A stretch of DNA of 62,416 bases, the filler included, from Candidatus Woesearchaeota archaeon (GTDB lineage: Archaea > Nanobdellota > Nanobdellia > Woesearchaeales > GCA-2687795): NCBI GenBank assembly GCA_030753365.1. It is 9 parts of 9 records of this genome, joined end to end, with 100 filler letters (N's around TTAATTAATTAA, not from the genome) between each part and the next. Parts side by side here need not be neighbours in the genome. Positions count along the whole stretch, not along the records: positions 44,543 to 53,149 come from JASMCJ010000063.1; positions 53,250 to 58,472 come from JASMCJ010000066.1; positions 58,573 to 62,416 come from JASMCJ010000068.1; 6 more parts are not named here. One strand, given 5' to 3'. Below are positions 50,612 through 59,828 of the stretch, piece after piece. The translations under genes were made by a program, and so were the position numbers. A model generated the notes under the pieces. The model had not been told where the DNA came from. It did not search any database and was given only the letters and a program-made list of their open reading frames with translations. Every line of letters begins with the position of its first letter. The first letter of the stretch is position 1.

Positions 50612-53149
50612 GTGCAAATACCTTGTTTGTCAAAAACCACTCATATATAATAGGTGGTTTTCGAGCACACAAAATTCCAAAAGACATATTGTTGTACATC
50701 CAGACCACTTATCACAGAGAAGTGGAATTTTGTTGTTCAGATTTGTGATTATTCTGTTGCTTGTTTCGCTATTGTTAGGTTCTTTGTCATGGGCAAAGAC
50801 TATTAATGGAGATAATAGCAAGCTTGTGTTTAAAGTAGATTATAGCACAATTAGGACTAATATTACTGGTAATAATTCTGTTTTTGTTTATAGTACCAGG
50901 ATTGGTACGCAGCCACAGGTTATTGTGGGAGATATTGCAACGCTTGATTTGATGCCTACTAATAAGCCGCCTACTATTACTGATAGCGGTAACTTATTTA
51001 ATTTTGATGAGCTTACTACAGAGATTGTTTGGCTGCTTTGTCGCTTGTGCTGAATAATTCGTATGGGACCGTGGATTTTGAGAGAATTATTGATGTTAGC
51101 AGAAGGAGTTCTATTGACCTTGATACTTTTGTTAGTATTTCAAGCAATTATATTTCTGTTAATGGGACTACATTGAGCGAGCTTAATAAGAGCGCGATTG
51201 TTACATTAAAGGACCTTAGCTTTTCTAATGTGAGAGTTTTGAAGAATGGAGAGGATTGCCTGGATTGCACTTTGTTGTCTTATTCAGGAGGGGATGTGAA
51301 GTTTAACTTGCAGAGTTTGCCAGGATTTGCTATTTACCAAGCTGCTGACGGCAGCGTTAACCCTGCTATTAGGATTGCTACGAATGTGATTGTTACTAAT
51401 GCTTCTTTGCAGATTAATATTACGACTTACAATAATCTTTCTGATGTTAAGTGAGGTCCTTATAATTTTAGCAATGTGACTGATTCGCAGGGTGTGTTTG
51501 ATATGATTTTGGGTCGTACTTATGAGCTTAATTTGACTCCTGGTGTGAGGTATAACCTTGTGGTTGCTGTAGACCTGAATTCTGCTAATTTTAGCTCTGC
51601 GGATGATATTTATGGAGATAAGAGTCCTACTGCTGATGAGATTATTGTTAATGCAGGGCATCCTGGTGATGCTAGCCAGCTTAGGATGGCTGATAATGTT
51701 ACTTCTGTGCAGACTGAGTTTACTAAGTATGCTAAATTGGATGGGGCTAATTTTACTGGACAGGTGAATATGACAGCTAACCTTTCTTTGGCTGATAGAT
51801 TGACTTTTGGATTTGGAGAGTTTATTGATAATCTTGTTAATAACTAGGTGAAGGTTACTGGCAGTCTAAATTTACTGGTGATATTCATACTCCTGGAGGC
51901 ATTGTGATTGGAGGGGCTCCGGCTGCTGCTATTGCTGGAACACTTAGGTTTACTAACAGTATTTTCCAGAGATATAATGGGAGTGATTGGGTCTCTATCA
52001 GCGCTGGAGCTGGGGCTGTGTCGCCATGGTCTAGTTCAGGAGGAACTGTTTATTATACATCAGGGAATGTAGGGATTGGAGTTTCTACTCCTACTTCTGC
52101 TTTGAATGTTTCTGGGGATGTAGGAGTTTCTGGGAATGTGACTGCTGCTTTCTTTATAGGGAATGGCTCTCAGTTGACTGGAGTGGTTACTTCAGGAGGA
52201 GGGACTGGAGAAGGCATGTGGCTTAATAATACGGCAGGAGTTATCAGGCCTAATGAGAGCTATGGAAGGAATGTTAATATTTCTGGCAATTTGACTATGG
52301 ATCATAGCCTAAATATTACAGGAACGAGTGGAAAGATTGTGACTACAGGGAATGTGACTGCTGCTGTATTCTTGGGTGATGGGTCTTTATTATCTGGGCT
52401 GGAGAATGCTTCTATTAATTATGGAAGTAATGGTTCTGATATTATCCCTTATAAGCTTAATCCGAATGGGGTTTTGCAGATGGAGGTTGTGGCTAATATG
52501 GCTAGTGACCTTATTTGCACTGATTGTATTGGAGCTACGGAGATTTCAGATGCGTATGTGCTGAATACAGGAGATACTGTTAGTGGAGACCTTGTTGTTG
52601 ATGGTAGTCTTAATGTGACTGGTTCTACTAATATTGTTAATGTGAATATTTCAGGTGTTACGTTTAGTTCAGGGAATATTGAAGCTGCTAATGCAATTTT
52701 ACAGGGTTGAATGTGACTGGGACTAGTTATCTTGGGAGTGTTACGCTTAATGCTGATAATATCACTGTTAATAACGTTGTTAGCAAGGATGGCAATCTAA
52801 GCTTCTTCAACTCTTCAGGTAGTGAGAAGATGAGGATTACTGCAGGTGGCAACGTAGGCATAGGGACTACACCTGTAGGATTCCATTCTAGTTATACTGG
52901 TCTGCAAGTTGGGGGTACTGCAACTTGGTTTTCTGATACAACTAGAGCTGCAGGGGTTGCTTCACTATTTACACAAAATGCACATATTGATACTGATGCT
53001 TCCTGGGAATATATAGTTACAGATGAAGCTTCGTATTATGCACAGGTGGGAGGAAAACATACATTCTATACTGCAGTATCTGGGACTGCTGGTAATGATA
53101 TTACATTTGGAGATGCAAAGGTAACAATTCTCAATGGAGGAAATGTAGG
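50604..53149 (+). pseudogene. Fragmented giant surface/adhesin-like protein with GNVGIG tail-fibre-like repeats
   Basis: Five ORFs join into one protein via frameshifts (about 51030, 51872, 52705) and in-frame stops TGA 51452 and TAG 51845 at likely Trp positions; many NxS/T sequons. Confidence 0.75.
50628..50758. repeat. TGTCA-family modular hairpin element, copy 3 (inverted, degenerate), inside an ORF
   Basis: TG-TCAAAAACCAC..GTGGTTTTCGA-GCA[CACAAAATTCC..GGAATTTTGT]TGT-TCAGA..TCTG; the first 13 nt equal the reverse complement of the copy-2 end. Confidence 0.7.
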
Positions 53150-53249
53150 NNNNNNNNNNNNNNNNNNNNNNNNNNNNNNNNNNNNNNNNNNNNTTAATTA
53201 ATTAANNNNNNNNNNNNNNNNNNNNNNNNNNNNNNNNNNNNNNNNNNNN
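53150..53249. other. Artificial contig linker
   Basis: N/TTAATTAATTAA/N. Confidence 0.99.
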
Positions 53250-54387
53250 TCATATCTTCCCATACATTCAAAGGATCTCTTATAAGATACCCATGCACAA
53301 GCAGCACTGGCACTACACATGAGAAATCACAATTATCCCTTCCACAATCAACTCCCTCCTCACCTAAATCCTCATCCTGATAACCATTATCACAGCAATC
53401 CAGATTACAACTTCCACCACAATCAACCCCTTCCTCATCACCATCCCAAATTCCATTCTCACAATGTCTTAAACATTTTCCTTCCCCACAACCATAATCA
53501 CAATCTTCCACTAACTGTTCATCAGTATAAGCAGTGCCATAACAAGCCCCCCTTAAACAGCCCTGCTCTCTGCACTCCCTAGATTTATAAGCATCACCAT
53601 CCTTACAATAATTCCCATCCCAATCATCACAATAGCTATACTCATCATAACACTCAGACTTTTTTTGCTGTGTATCTTCATGTGTACAATAAGAAGAAAC
53701 ACCTCTTGCATCATTACAGGTATAAGTCCTATAATATTGATAAGCATCATCATAAATACAGGAAGAATACCCTACCCATCCATTAGTTCCACAGTCTGAG
53801 TCAGAACTGCAGCTAGAGTCACAAACTCCTTCCTCATCCACACTTCCATCACAATCATTATCATACTCATCGCAAACCTCTGTAGTTGAATAATAAGGTG
53901 CAATATCAGAACTTTGAATATTCTCCTCTCCATTACAATCTGCATCACACTCATCCACATAACCATCAGCATCATTATCAAACCCATCCACACAAAATTC
54001 AACAGGCTCTCCTCCTGGAGAACAAACCTCTCCACCAGGTCCTAACGGAAGTCCCGCGCAATTAGGATCATCACATGTCCCACTGCAATCATCACAATCA
54101 AGTCCACAACTAGGATCATAACAATCAGTCTTACAATCGCAGTCATTATCAATCCCATCATCACATGGTCCGCTTCCATCTCCTAAACACCCATCATAAG
54201 GCCAGCACCCTTCAGGAGATGGAACTCCATTAATATTATTCGGGACGCAAGTGCAGGTATCTGAAACCGTAAGTTCACCTGAAGCAAAATATGGATTAGA
54301 TTCATACTCCTCAAATCCAACAACAAAATTCAACATACCTACAACTAGAAAAAAGTATAGCACACTCACTAACTTTTTAATTGCCAA
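53250..54387 (-). CDS. Secreted Cys/Asp-rich repeat protein leading into an alpha/beta-hydrolase domain (3' truncated)
   Basis: Signal peptide; CDDGIDNDCD, CVDGFDNDADG and CDEYDNDCDGSVDE repeats; two EEGVDCG repeats; then VPVLLVHGY. Confidence 0.75.
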
Positions 54388-54462
54388 TTAAACCCAGTCA
54401 TTCCTAAACTCAGAAATATATAAACTTTACTAACATCAAAACTATATATTCAGAACACACCC

Positions 54463-55272
54463 CTACTCAAAAAACCCCAAAGTTCTATCTCTAATATTCT
54501 TCACAATATCCTTATTCTTATAAAGTATCACATTAATCTTATAATTAGTATTTATCAACTTCTCAAACAAGTTGCTCGGGTCCAAATCGTTAACAGACTC
54601 AGCTTTAGAATAAACCTCATTAAGAATATCAAGAAACTTCTTATCAAAAAAAATATCAACAACAAAATCCTCATATACCTTTTTGCTTGTAATGCTTCCT
54701 GCATTCGCTCCTATCTTCATAACCGCCCCAAACTTCTCCAAAGCATCCTTAGTCCACTTGTCCAATGGTGTATTTCCATAACAAAGAATCTTTAAATCTA
54801 TATTATTTTCCTTAAGCTTCCTTATATATGCAAGCTCCTGCGCAGGTTGTAGTAAATAATTATAACAATGGTGAACCACCCGTATTATTGTAGACTTCTT
54901 ATCCTTACTAAACACAGACATATGTTCATTTTCAACCTTTCTAAGAAAATCATTAAGCTTCTTTATATTCTCAAACTCAAAAACCGAAAAATCACAAGCT
55001 TCATGGCTAAATCCTTTAGTCTCATTAATATGCTCTTTAAGCTTCTCCAAAAAACTTAAATTCTCCATAACCCATTCCTCTGATAAATGATAACCTTCTT
55101 GGCATTTCACAATAACCTTTTCATCAACAAGCTGTTTAACCGCTTTATAAATAGAATGGTATCCAAAAACCTTTTCACTATTCTCTTTAATCTTCTTATT
55201 AAGAGAACTAATATCAAGATACTCTTCAGTCAACAAGGATTCTATCACTATTTCTTTTGCAGTTTTTTTCAT
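54463..55272 (-). CDS. Putative winged-helix transcriptional regulator
   Basis: N-terminal wHTH-like segment YHSIYKAVKQLVDEKVI..GYHLS plus a C-terminal domain. Confidence 0.6.
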   Translation of the reverse strand: MKKTAKEIVIESLLTEEYLDISSLNKKIKENSEKVFGYHSIYKAVKQLVDEKVIVKCQEGYHLSEEWVMENLSFLEKLKEHINETKGFSHEACDFSVFEFENIKKLNDFLRKVENEHMSVFSKDKKSTIIRVVHHCYNYLLQPAQELAYIRKLKENNIDLKILCYGNTPLDKWTKDALEKFGAVMKIGANAGSITSKKVYEDFVVDIFFDKKFLDILNEVYSKAESVNDLDPSNLFEKLINTNYKINVILYKNKDIVKNIRDRTLGFFE

Positions 55273-55496
55273 AGTGTTAAATTATTTAGAAATAGTTTTT
55301 CCTAAATCCTAAATCCTCTTTGAATTTTATTCCATATCATTTTCTCTCTTAGTAAAAAATGTTTTAACAGGTCTTTTTAAACTTATCTATTTTCCCTCCC
55401 CTTGTCAATTAAACCCAAATAAGTTGGCCATAAGCCTGTATTAATACAAGCGACTGGCCAGCTTCCCATTATTTTAAAAAAAGAGGTGTATTATTA

Positions 55497-56216
55497 ATGG
55501 AAATTAGAATACAAAAGAAATCTCTACTATTCATAGCCTTAATCGTATTGTTCCTTTTTTCAAGCAAAGAACTCTATGGTCAAATAACCACAGAAGACAC
55601 AATAGGAAGAAGTGAAAGATCCTCTAACCTATACAACTCTGGAACTTCAGTTTCTCAAATAGGACCTAATTCTGTTACTAGCACTATCTCCGAAAACAGA
55701 AGCAGTGGCAGCCATATAGGTTATGTTGATGCCACTCTAGGTATCAAAGAAGTCTCTTTCAGAGTAAGCAGTGTTGACTTCATCCTCTCATCTGCTCTAA
55801 TCTCTTTCCAGGACGATCGTATACTAAACCTCAAAGATATGGAACTAAACTTAAACCGTTTTACTGGAACGCTCAAACTTGAAGGCACCAAAATCCTTCT
55901 TGAAGGCAGCTTCACAGAACTATCTAATGACAACATTAACTTTGGCGCAAGAAACAATGTAAAAGTTGTAATCTATGAAGGTGACATAACCTCAACCAGC
56001 AACTATATCTCAAGCCTAAGCGTAAATGCAAACGGAGTCTTTGGTATCAACGATGGAGACCTTATATTGAAACTTAAAGAAGAATACCTCTCCATCATAG
56101 GCTTTGATGGCGCCTTTACAATCTCATTAGGCAATCCAAACACTCTAAGCTTATTAGGCTCGCTGGAATCTTTTTCAGTAAACAATGTAGTCTATAAAAT
56201 ATCAGTAAACAAATAA
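55497..56216 (+). CDS. Secreted beta-rich hypothetical protein
   Basis: GAGGTG RBS, N-terminal signal/TM, Ser/Asn-rich beta pattern. Confidence 0.65.
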   Translation: MEIRIQKKSLLFIALIVLFLFSSKELYGQITTEDTIGRSERSSNLYNSGTSVSQIGPNSVTSTISENRSSGSHIGYVDATLGIKEVSFRVSSVDFILSSALISFQDDRILNLKDMELNLNRFTGTLKLEGTKILLEGSFTELSNDNINFGARNNVKVVIYEGDITSTSNYISSLSVNANGVFGINDGDLILKLKEEYLSIIGFDGAFTISLGNPNTLSLLGSLESFSVNNVVYKISVNK

Positions 56217-56244
56217 TCACACAAACAAAAGAGGAAACAAAAAA

Positions 56245-56601
56245 ATGAAAGCAATATATTTGAGCTTATTATTCATCTTGTTATTAGGGATAAGCTCTTT
56301 CGCAATAACAGTAATAAATCCTAATAACCAACAGGAAACCAGTAAAGAACTTAAGTTTGAGTTTGTTTATGCAGCCCCTGAAGGATACAACGTATACAAC
56401 TGTAGATTCTATTATCCCTTAGGCGTGCTCGTTGAGGAAATAGATGCGTCACCTGGAAGCAAGCTTTTGAACGTTACAACAAAACCTTTCAGGTTAGTTA
56501 AAGGAAAAAGCAAGGCAGCCGTCAATTGCACAAACGCCCATGAAACAGACTCTTCCAGTATTCTTTACGAATATGAAGAAGTTGAGTATGCCTCAAAGTG
56601 A
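56245..56601 (+). CDS. Secreted hypothetical protein (Ig-like?)
   Basis: Signal peptide MKAIYLSLLFILLLGISSFA; two Cys. Confidence 0.65.
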   Translation: MKAIYLSLLFILLLGISSFAITVINPNNQQETSKELKFEFVYAAPEGYNVYNCRFYYPLGVLVEEIDASPGSKLLNVTTKPFRLVKGKSKAAVNCTNAHETDSSSILYEYEEVEYASK

Positions 56602-56637
56602 GTTATGTTCCTATAAGGAACATAACCTCTATTTTTT
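56602..56637 (+). terminator. Hairpin plus T-tract terminator-like element
   Basis: GTTATGTTCCT-ATA-AGGAACATAAC (11-bp stem) directly after the stop, followed by T6. Confidence 0.55.
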
Positions 56638-56640
56638 ATG

Positions 56641-56714
56641 TGTCATAAATATACCCTTAGTTTTCAAACCAGTGGACAAAGTCCACTATTGATTTCATAT
56701 GGTAGTTCTTGACA
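56641..56714. repeat. TGTCA...TGACA element, copy 4 (74 bp, internally deleted)
   Basis: TGTCATAAATATACCCTTAGTTTTCAAACCAGTGGACAAAGTCCAC aligns with the copy-2 left arm; ends GTTCTTGACA like copy 1. Confidence 0.8.
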
Positions 56715-56754
56715 ATAGAAAAATATAAAAAAACACTTAGATTCATACTTTCTC

Positions 56755-57609
56755 ATGGGGAGTGAAAACGATAAAAAGCCTACTAGTCCTAACTTCGGAT
56801 ACAAGTTAATCTTTCTTGGAACAGGCACGGGCAAATTTGCCAGAGGCAAACAGCTAAGAGCAACAGGCGGCATAATATTACAATTTGAAGAAAACCAGTT
56901 TCACATAGACCCTGGTCCAGGCGCAGTCGTAAGAGCCATGCAGGCCAACGTAAATCTAAGAGCAAACACGGGAATTCTAATCAGCCATTCCCATATAGGC
57001 CACTGCAATGATGTTAACGCAGTCATAGACGCAATGACCTACTCCGGTCTTGACAAGCAAGGAGTTTTAATCTCAACAAACAATGTAATCAACGGCTCTG
57101 AAAGTCACGCACCTTATCTCACAAAATTCCATAGGGACTGCCTTGAAAAAGTAATCGTAATAGAGCCTGGTCAAAGAGTAGGCGTAAATGAAATAGAAAT
57201 CAAAGCATTATACGCCAAACACACAGAAAGCTCAACAATAGGCTTCAGAATCATGACACCCAACTTTGTTCTTGTATACTCTTCTGACACAGAATACTCT
57301 GCCAAGCTCATTGAAGAATACAAAGGAGCAAACATCCTAATTCTAAACACTCACTCTCCTGGAGAAGAATACACTCCAGGCAACCTAAACACACTGAATG
57401 CAACAAAAATCATAGAAAAAGTAAACCCTAAGCTTGCAATAATCCAGCACTTCAGCAAAAGAATGCTTGAAATGGACCCTATCCAGGAAGCCAGAGAAAT
57501 CCAAAGCAAAACAAAATCCCAAGTACTAGCAGCCAAGGACGGAATGGCGCTTAATCCTTTAATCTATGGCATGAAAACACGGCAGCAGACATTGACAAAA
57601 GACTACTAA
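56755..57609 (+). CDS. Metallo-beta-lactamase fold hydrolase
   Basis: FLGTG, IDPGPG, SHSHIGH (variant of HxHxDH), AKH, YSSDT, IQHF. Confidence 0.85.
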   Translation: MGSENDKKPTSPNFGYKLIFLGTGTGKFARGKQLRATGGIILQFEENQFHIDPGPGAVVRAMQANVNLRANTGILISHSHIGHCNDVNAVIDAMTYSGLDKQGVLISTNNVINGSESHAPYLTKFHRDCLEKVIVIEPGQRVGVNEIEIKALYAKHTESSTIGFRIMTPNFVLVYSSDTEYSAKLIEEYKGANILILNTHSPGEEYTPGNLNTLNATKIIEKVNPKLAIIQHFSKRMLEMDPIQEAREIQSKTKSQVLAAKDGMALNPLIYGMKTRQQTLTKDY

Positions 57610-58253
57610 TAGAAGAACTTAAACAATTTATAATGAAGTGTGCACAATCTCCCAATCTTTGAATAACGAATCAACCCCTCAGCCCTTGTCTTCCTTTTAG
57701 CAATTGCAGTTCTTAGCTCACCATCAAAAATCGTAAAAGCCCTTCCTAGTTCTATCTTAGAATGCGAATCGGAACTACCAGTCATTGCAAGTTTATACTT
57801 CTCTGCAGCATTAAACGCCCTTTTATTCTCAAAAGGAAACACTGATCTGCTGTTAAAAGCTTCCAGGCCATCCACTTTCTCTTTAATCTCATTAAGAGGA
57901 TACCTTAAATTCAATCTTGGGATAATAGTAAAAGGATGCGCAATAACAGAAAATCCTCCTTGCTCTTTAATCTTATCCAAAACTTCAAGAAGATCTTTAG
58001 ACTTAATCTCCTCCTGCAAATAATATCCTAAAACCTCACACTGTTTAGTCTTAATCTCTGAGCCTATAATAACCTCAAAATCTTTATCCTTATTAAGCTT
58101 TGAAGTCACAACCCCTCCTTTAATAGAATTATGGTCAGTAACAGCAATCCCATCAAGCCCTCTTTCCTTAGCAAGTTTAAGAATAACTTTTGGCTTAAGG
58201 CTGCTATCTCTTGAATAAACTGAATGGATATGCAGGTCGTATTTCTTTGGCAT
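57606..58253 (-). CDS. PHP-domain metal-dependent phosphoesterase
   Basis: DLHIHS, AVTDHN, AHP, GSSDSH. Confidence 0.9.
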   Translation of the reverse strand: MPKKYDLHIHSVYSRDSSLKPKVILKLAKERGLDGIAVTDHNSIKGGVVTSKLNKDKDFEVIIGSEIKTKQCEVLGYYLQEEIKSKDLLEVLDKIKEQGGFSVIAHPFTIIPRLNLRYPLNEIKEKVDGLEAFNSRSVFPFENKRAFNAAEKYKLAMTGSSDSHSKIELGRAFTIFDGELRTAIAKRKTRAEGLIRYSKIGRLCTLHYKLFKFFY

Positions 58254-58334
58254 ACAAAATTAATAATCACAATCACTTAAAAGGTTTACTATAAGGCAAA
58301 AGATTTTTAAGATCTATCTAATTCACAATAAAAA

Positions 58335-58472
58335 TGTGCTATCACGTTTTTACTTCGCATAGTATTCTTCACTTTTGGTGAAGAATCATGTATAAACTAA
58401 CTTACGCTAAGAGAATTTGGATAGTAAAGCAACATATGAATGGGATTCCTACTTGTAGGATAGCCTTGAGCC
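58335..58472 (+). mobile_element. Probable left end of an IS481-like element with transposase N-terminus (ATG 58388), cut by contig end
   Basis: Starts TGT; a hairpin TTCTTCAC/GTGAAGAA covers the GGTGA RBS; MYKLTYAKRIWIVKQHMNGIPTCRIALS is HTH-like; the contig breaks here. Confidence 0.55.
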
Positions 58473-58572
58473 NNNNNNNNNNNNNNNNNNNNNNNNNNNN
58501 NNNNNNNNNNNNNNNNTTAATTAATTAANNNNNNNNNNNNNNNNNNNNNNNNNNNNNNNNNNNNNNNNNNNN
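58473..58572. other. Artificial contig linker
   Basis: N/TTAATTAATTAA/N. Confidence 0.99.
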
Positions 58573-58916
58573 TCTTTGTCTGTACATCTTACACCAAATA
58601 TATTTCCCGTAGAAATCTTTTGGCTGGCAATTACGCTTGTTATAGCAGCTTCTTTTATAATGCTGTTCAGGACAAAGATAAATGGAATAGTTATGATAAG
58701 AATAATAGCAATAGTCATAATAAGGGAACTAAGATTCTTTCTCTTAATTTTGTTGTTCAATCCCTTATATATCGGATTAAAGATATAAACTAATAATGCA
58801 GCAATAATTATTGGTGAAACAAGAGGCTTTACAATCTTGTAGGAGAGGTATATTAGTCCTAAGAATAATGATAGGAAGAAATACTTTGAATATGTTACTT
58901 TATTAATCTCAATCAC
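58573..58916 (-). CDS. AI-2E (PerM) family transporter, N-terminal part
   Basis: PLVSPIIIAALLVYIFNPIYKGL pattern. Confidence 0.8.
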
Positions 58917-58960
58917 CTCTATATTATTAACCTCTTTTGAAGATTTAATATATTCTGAGT

Positions 58961-59245
58961 TTATAAATCTTTTTTATTTAATATAACTTTAATCTTTTTA
59001 GCAACCTTTTCCCTGCCTACTTTGCAGCCATTATAATCTGCTTTGCCTTCTATGACTGCTTTTGCAAAGGCCTCGCAGCTTGCATGGCCGCAGGTGCCGC
59101 AGTTTGCTCCAGGCAGTGCGTTGATAACTTCTTTTAATCTTGGGTCTTCCTTGATAGCAAACTTTTTGGATGCATATGAAAGTATTAAGGCGAAGAAAAG
59201 CCCTAACAAGCCCATTACGATTGATGAGAGTAGTATTTTGTTCAT
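58961..59245 (-). CDS. rnfB: Minimal RnfB (TM helix plus one FeS domain)
   Basis: EDPR..LPGANCGTCGHASC..C; stops at 94 aa with no ferredoxin domain. Confidence 0.85.
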   Translation of the reverse strand: MNKILLSSIVMGLLGLFFALILSYASKKFAIKEDPRLKEVINALPGANCGTCGHASCEAFAKAVIEGKADYNGCKVGREKVAKKIKVILNKKDL

Positions 59246-59246
59246 T

Positions 59247-59828
59247 TTAACCAAACCTCAAACTAGTAAACCCTGAAAATGCTAAAGCTAACAATCCTGC
59301 AATTATAAGAGCTATTGGAATATTTCTGAAAGGTTTTGGGACAGGAGCTATTTCTAACTTTTCTCTTATTCCTGCCATGATTATTAAAGCTAAAGTAAAT
59401 CCTGAGCCTGCTCCAATTGAATAAACAAAGCTTTCTGTGAAATTGTACTTGAGTATAGAGTTTAATAATGCTAAACCAAGTATTGCGCAGTTTGTAGTTA
59501 TCAAAGGCAGATAAATCCCAAATGTTTTGTAAATATCTGAATGATACCTCTTTAGATACATCTCAATCAGTTGGACTAAAGATGCTATCACAAGGATAAA
59601 AGCAGGATATTGGAGGAAAGGCAAACCAAACCTGTCAAGGAGATGGTTCTGGATCAACCAAGTTGACACACCTGATATAACCATGACGAATGTGACAGCT
59701 GCTCCCATGCTTAATGCTGACTTAATATGCCTTGAAACGCCTAAGAAAGGGCAGATTCCTAAAAACCTGTAGAATACGAAGTTGTTTATAAACGCTGCAG
59801 CGATAAAGATTGTTATTAAATTGCTCAT
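59247..59828 (-). CDS. rnfA: Rnf complex subunit A
   Basis: NNFV, FLGICPFLGVS, YLPLITTNCAILG. Confidence 0.93.
   Translation of the reverse strand: MSNLITIFIAAAFINNFVFYRFLGICPFLGVSRHIKSALSMGAAVTFVMVISGVSTWLIQNHLLDRFGLPFLQYPAFILVIASLVQLIEMYLKRYHSDIYKTFGIYLPLITTNCAILGLALLNSILKYNFTESFVYSIGAGSGFTLALIIMAGIREKLEIAPVPKPFRNIPIALIIAGLLALAFSGFTSLRFG

Noticed and set aside
45150..50617. Long antisense ORFs (e.g. 45710-46507 +, 48704-49354 -)
   Set aside because: These are shadows of low-complexity, strand-biased coding sequence of rad50 and the E/K/R-rich gene, with F/S/L-rich translations and no motifs.
51452..51847. Stop-codon reassignment (TGA/TAG read as Trp)
   Set aside because: TGA and TAG end many intact conserved genes here (leuS TAG, aspS TGA), and the same gene also has frameshifts. 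Pseudogenisation is simpler.
7679..58572. Recurring TTAATTAATTAA within N runs as a biological repeat
   Set aside because: Eight identical 100-bp spacers with stops in all frames are contig-joining linkers. Adjacency across them is meaningless, and ORF tails such as XXXLIN are artefacts.
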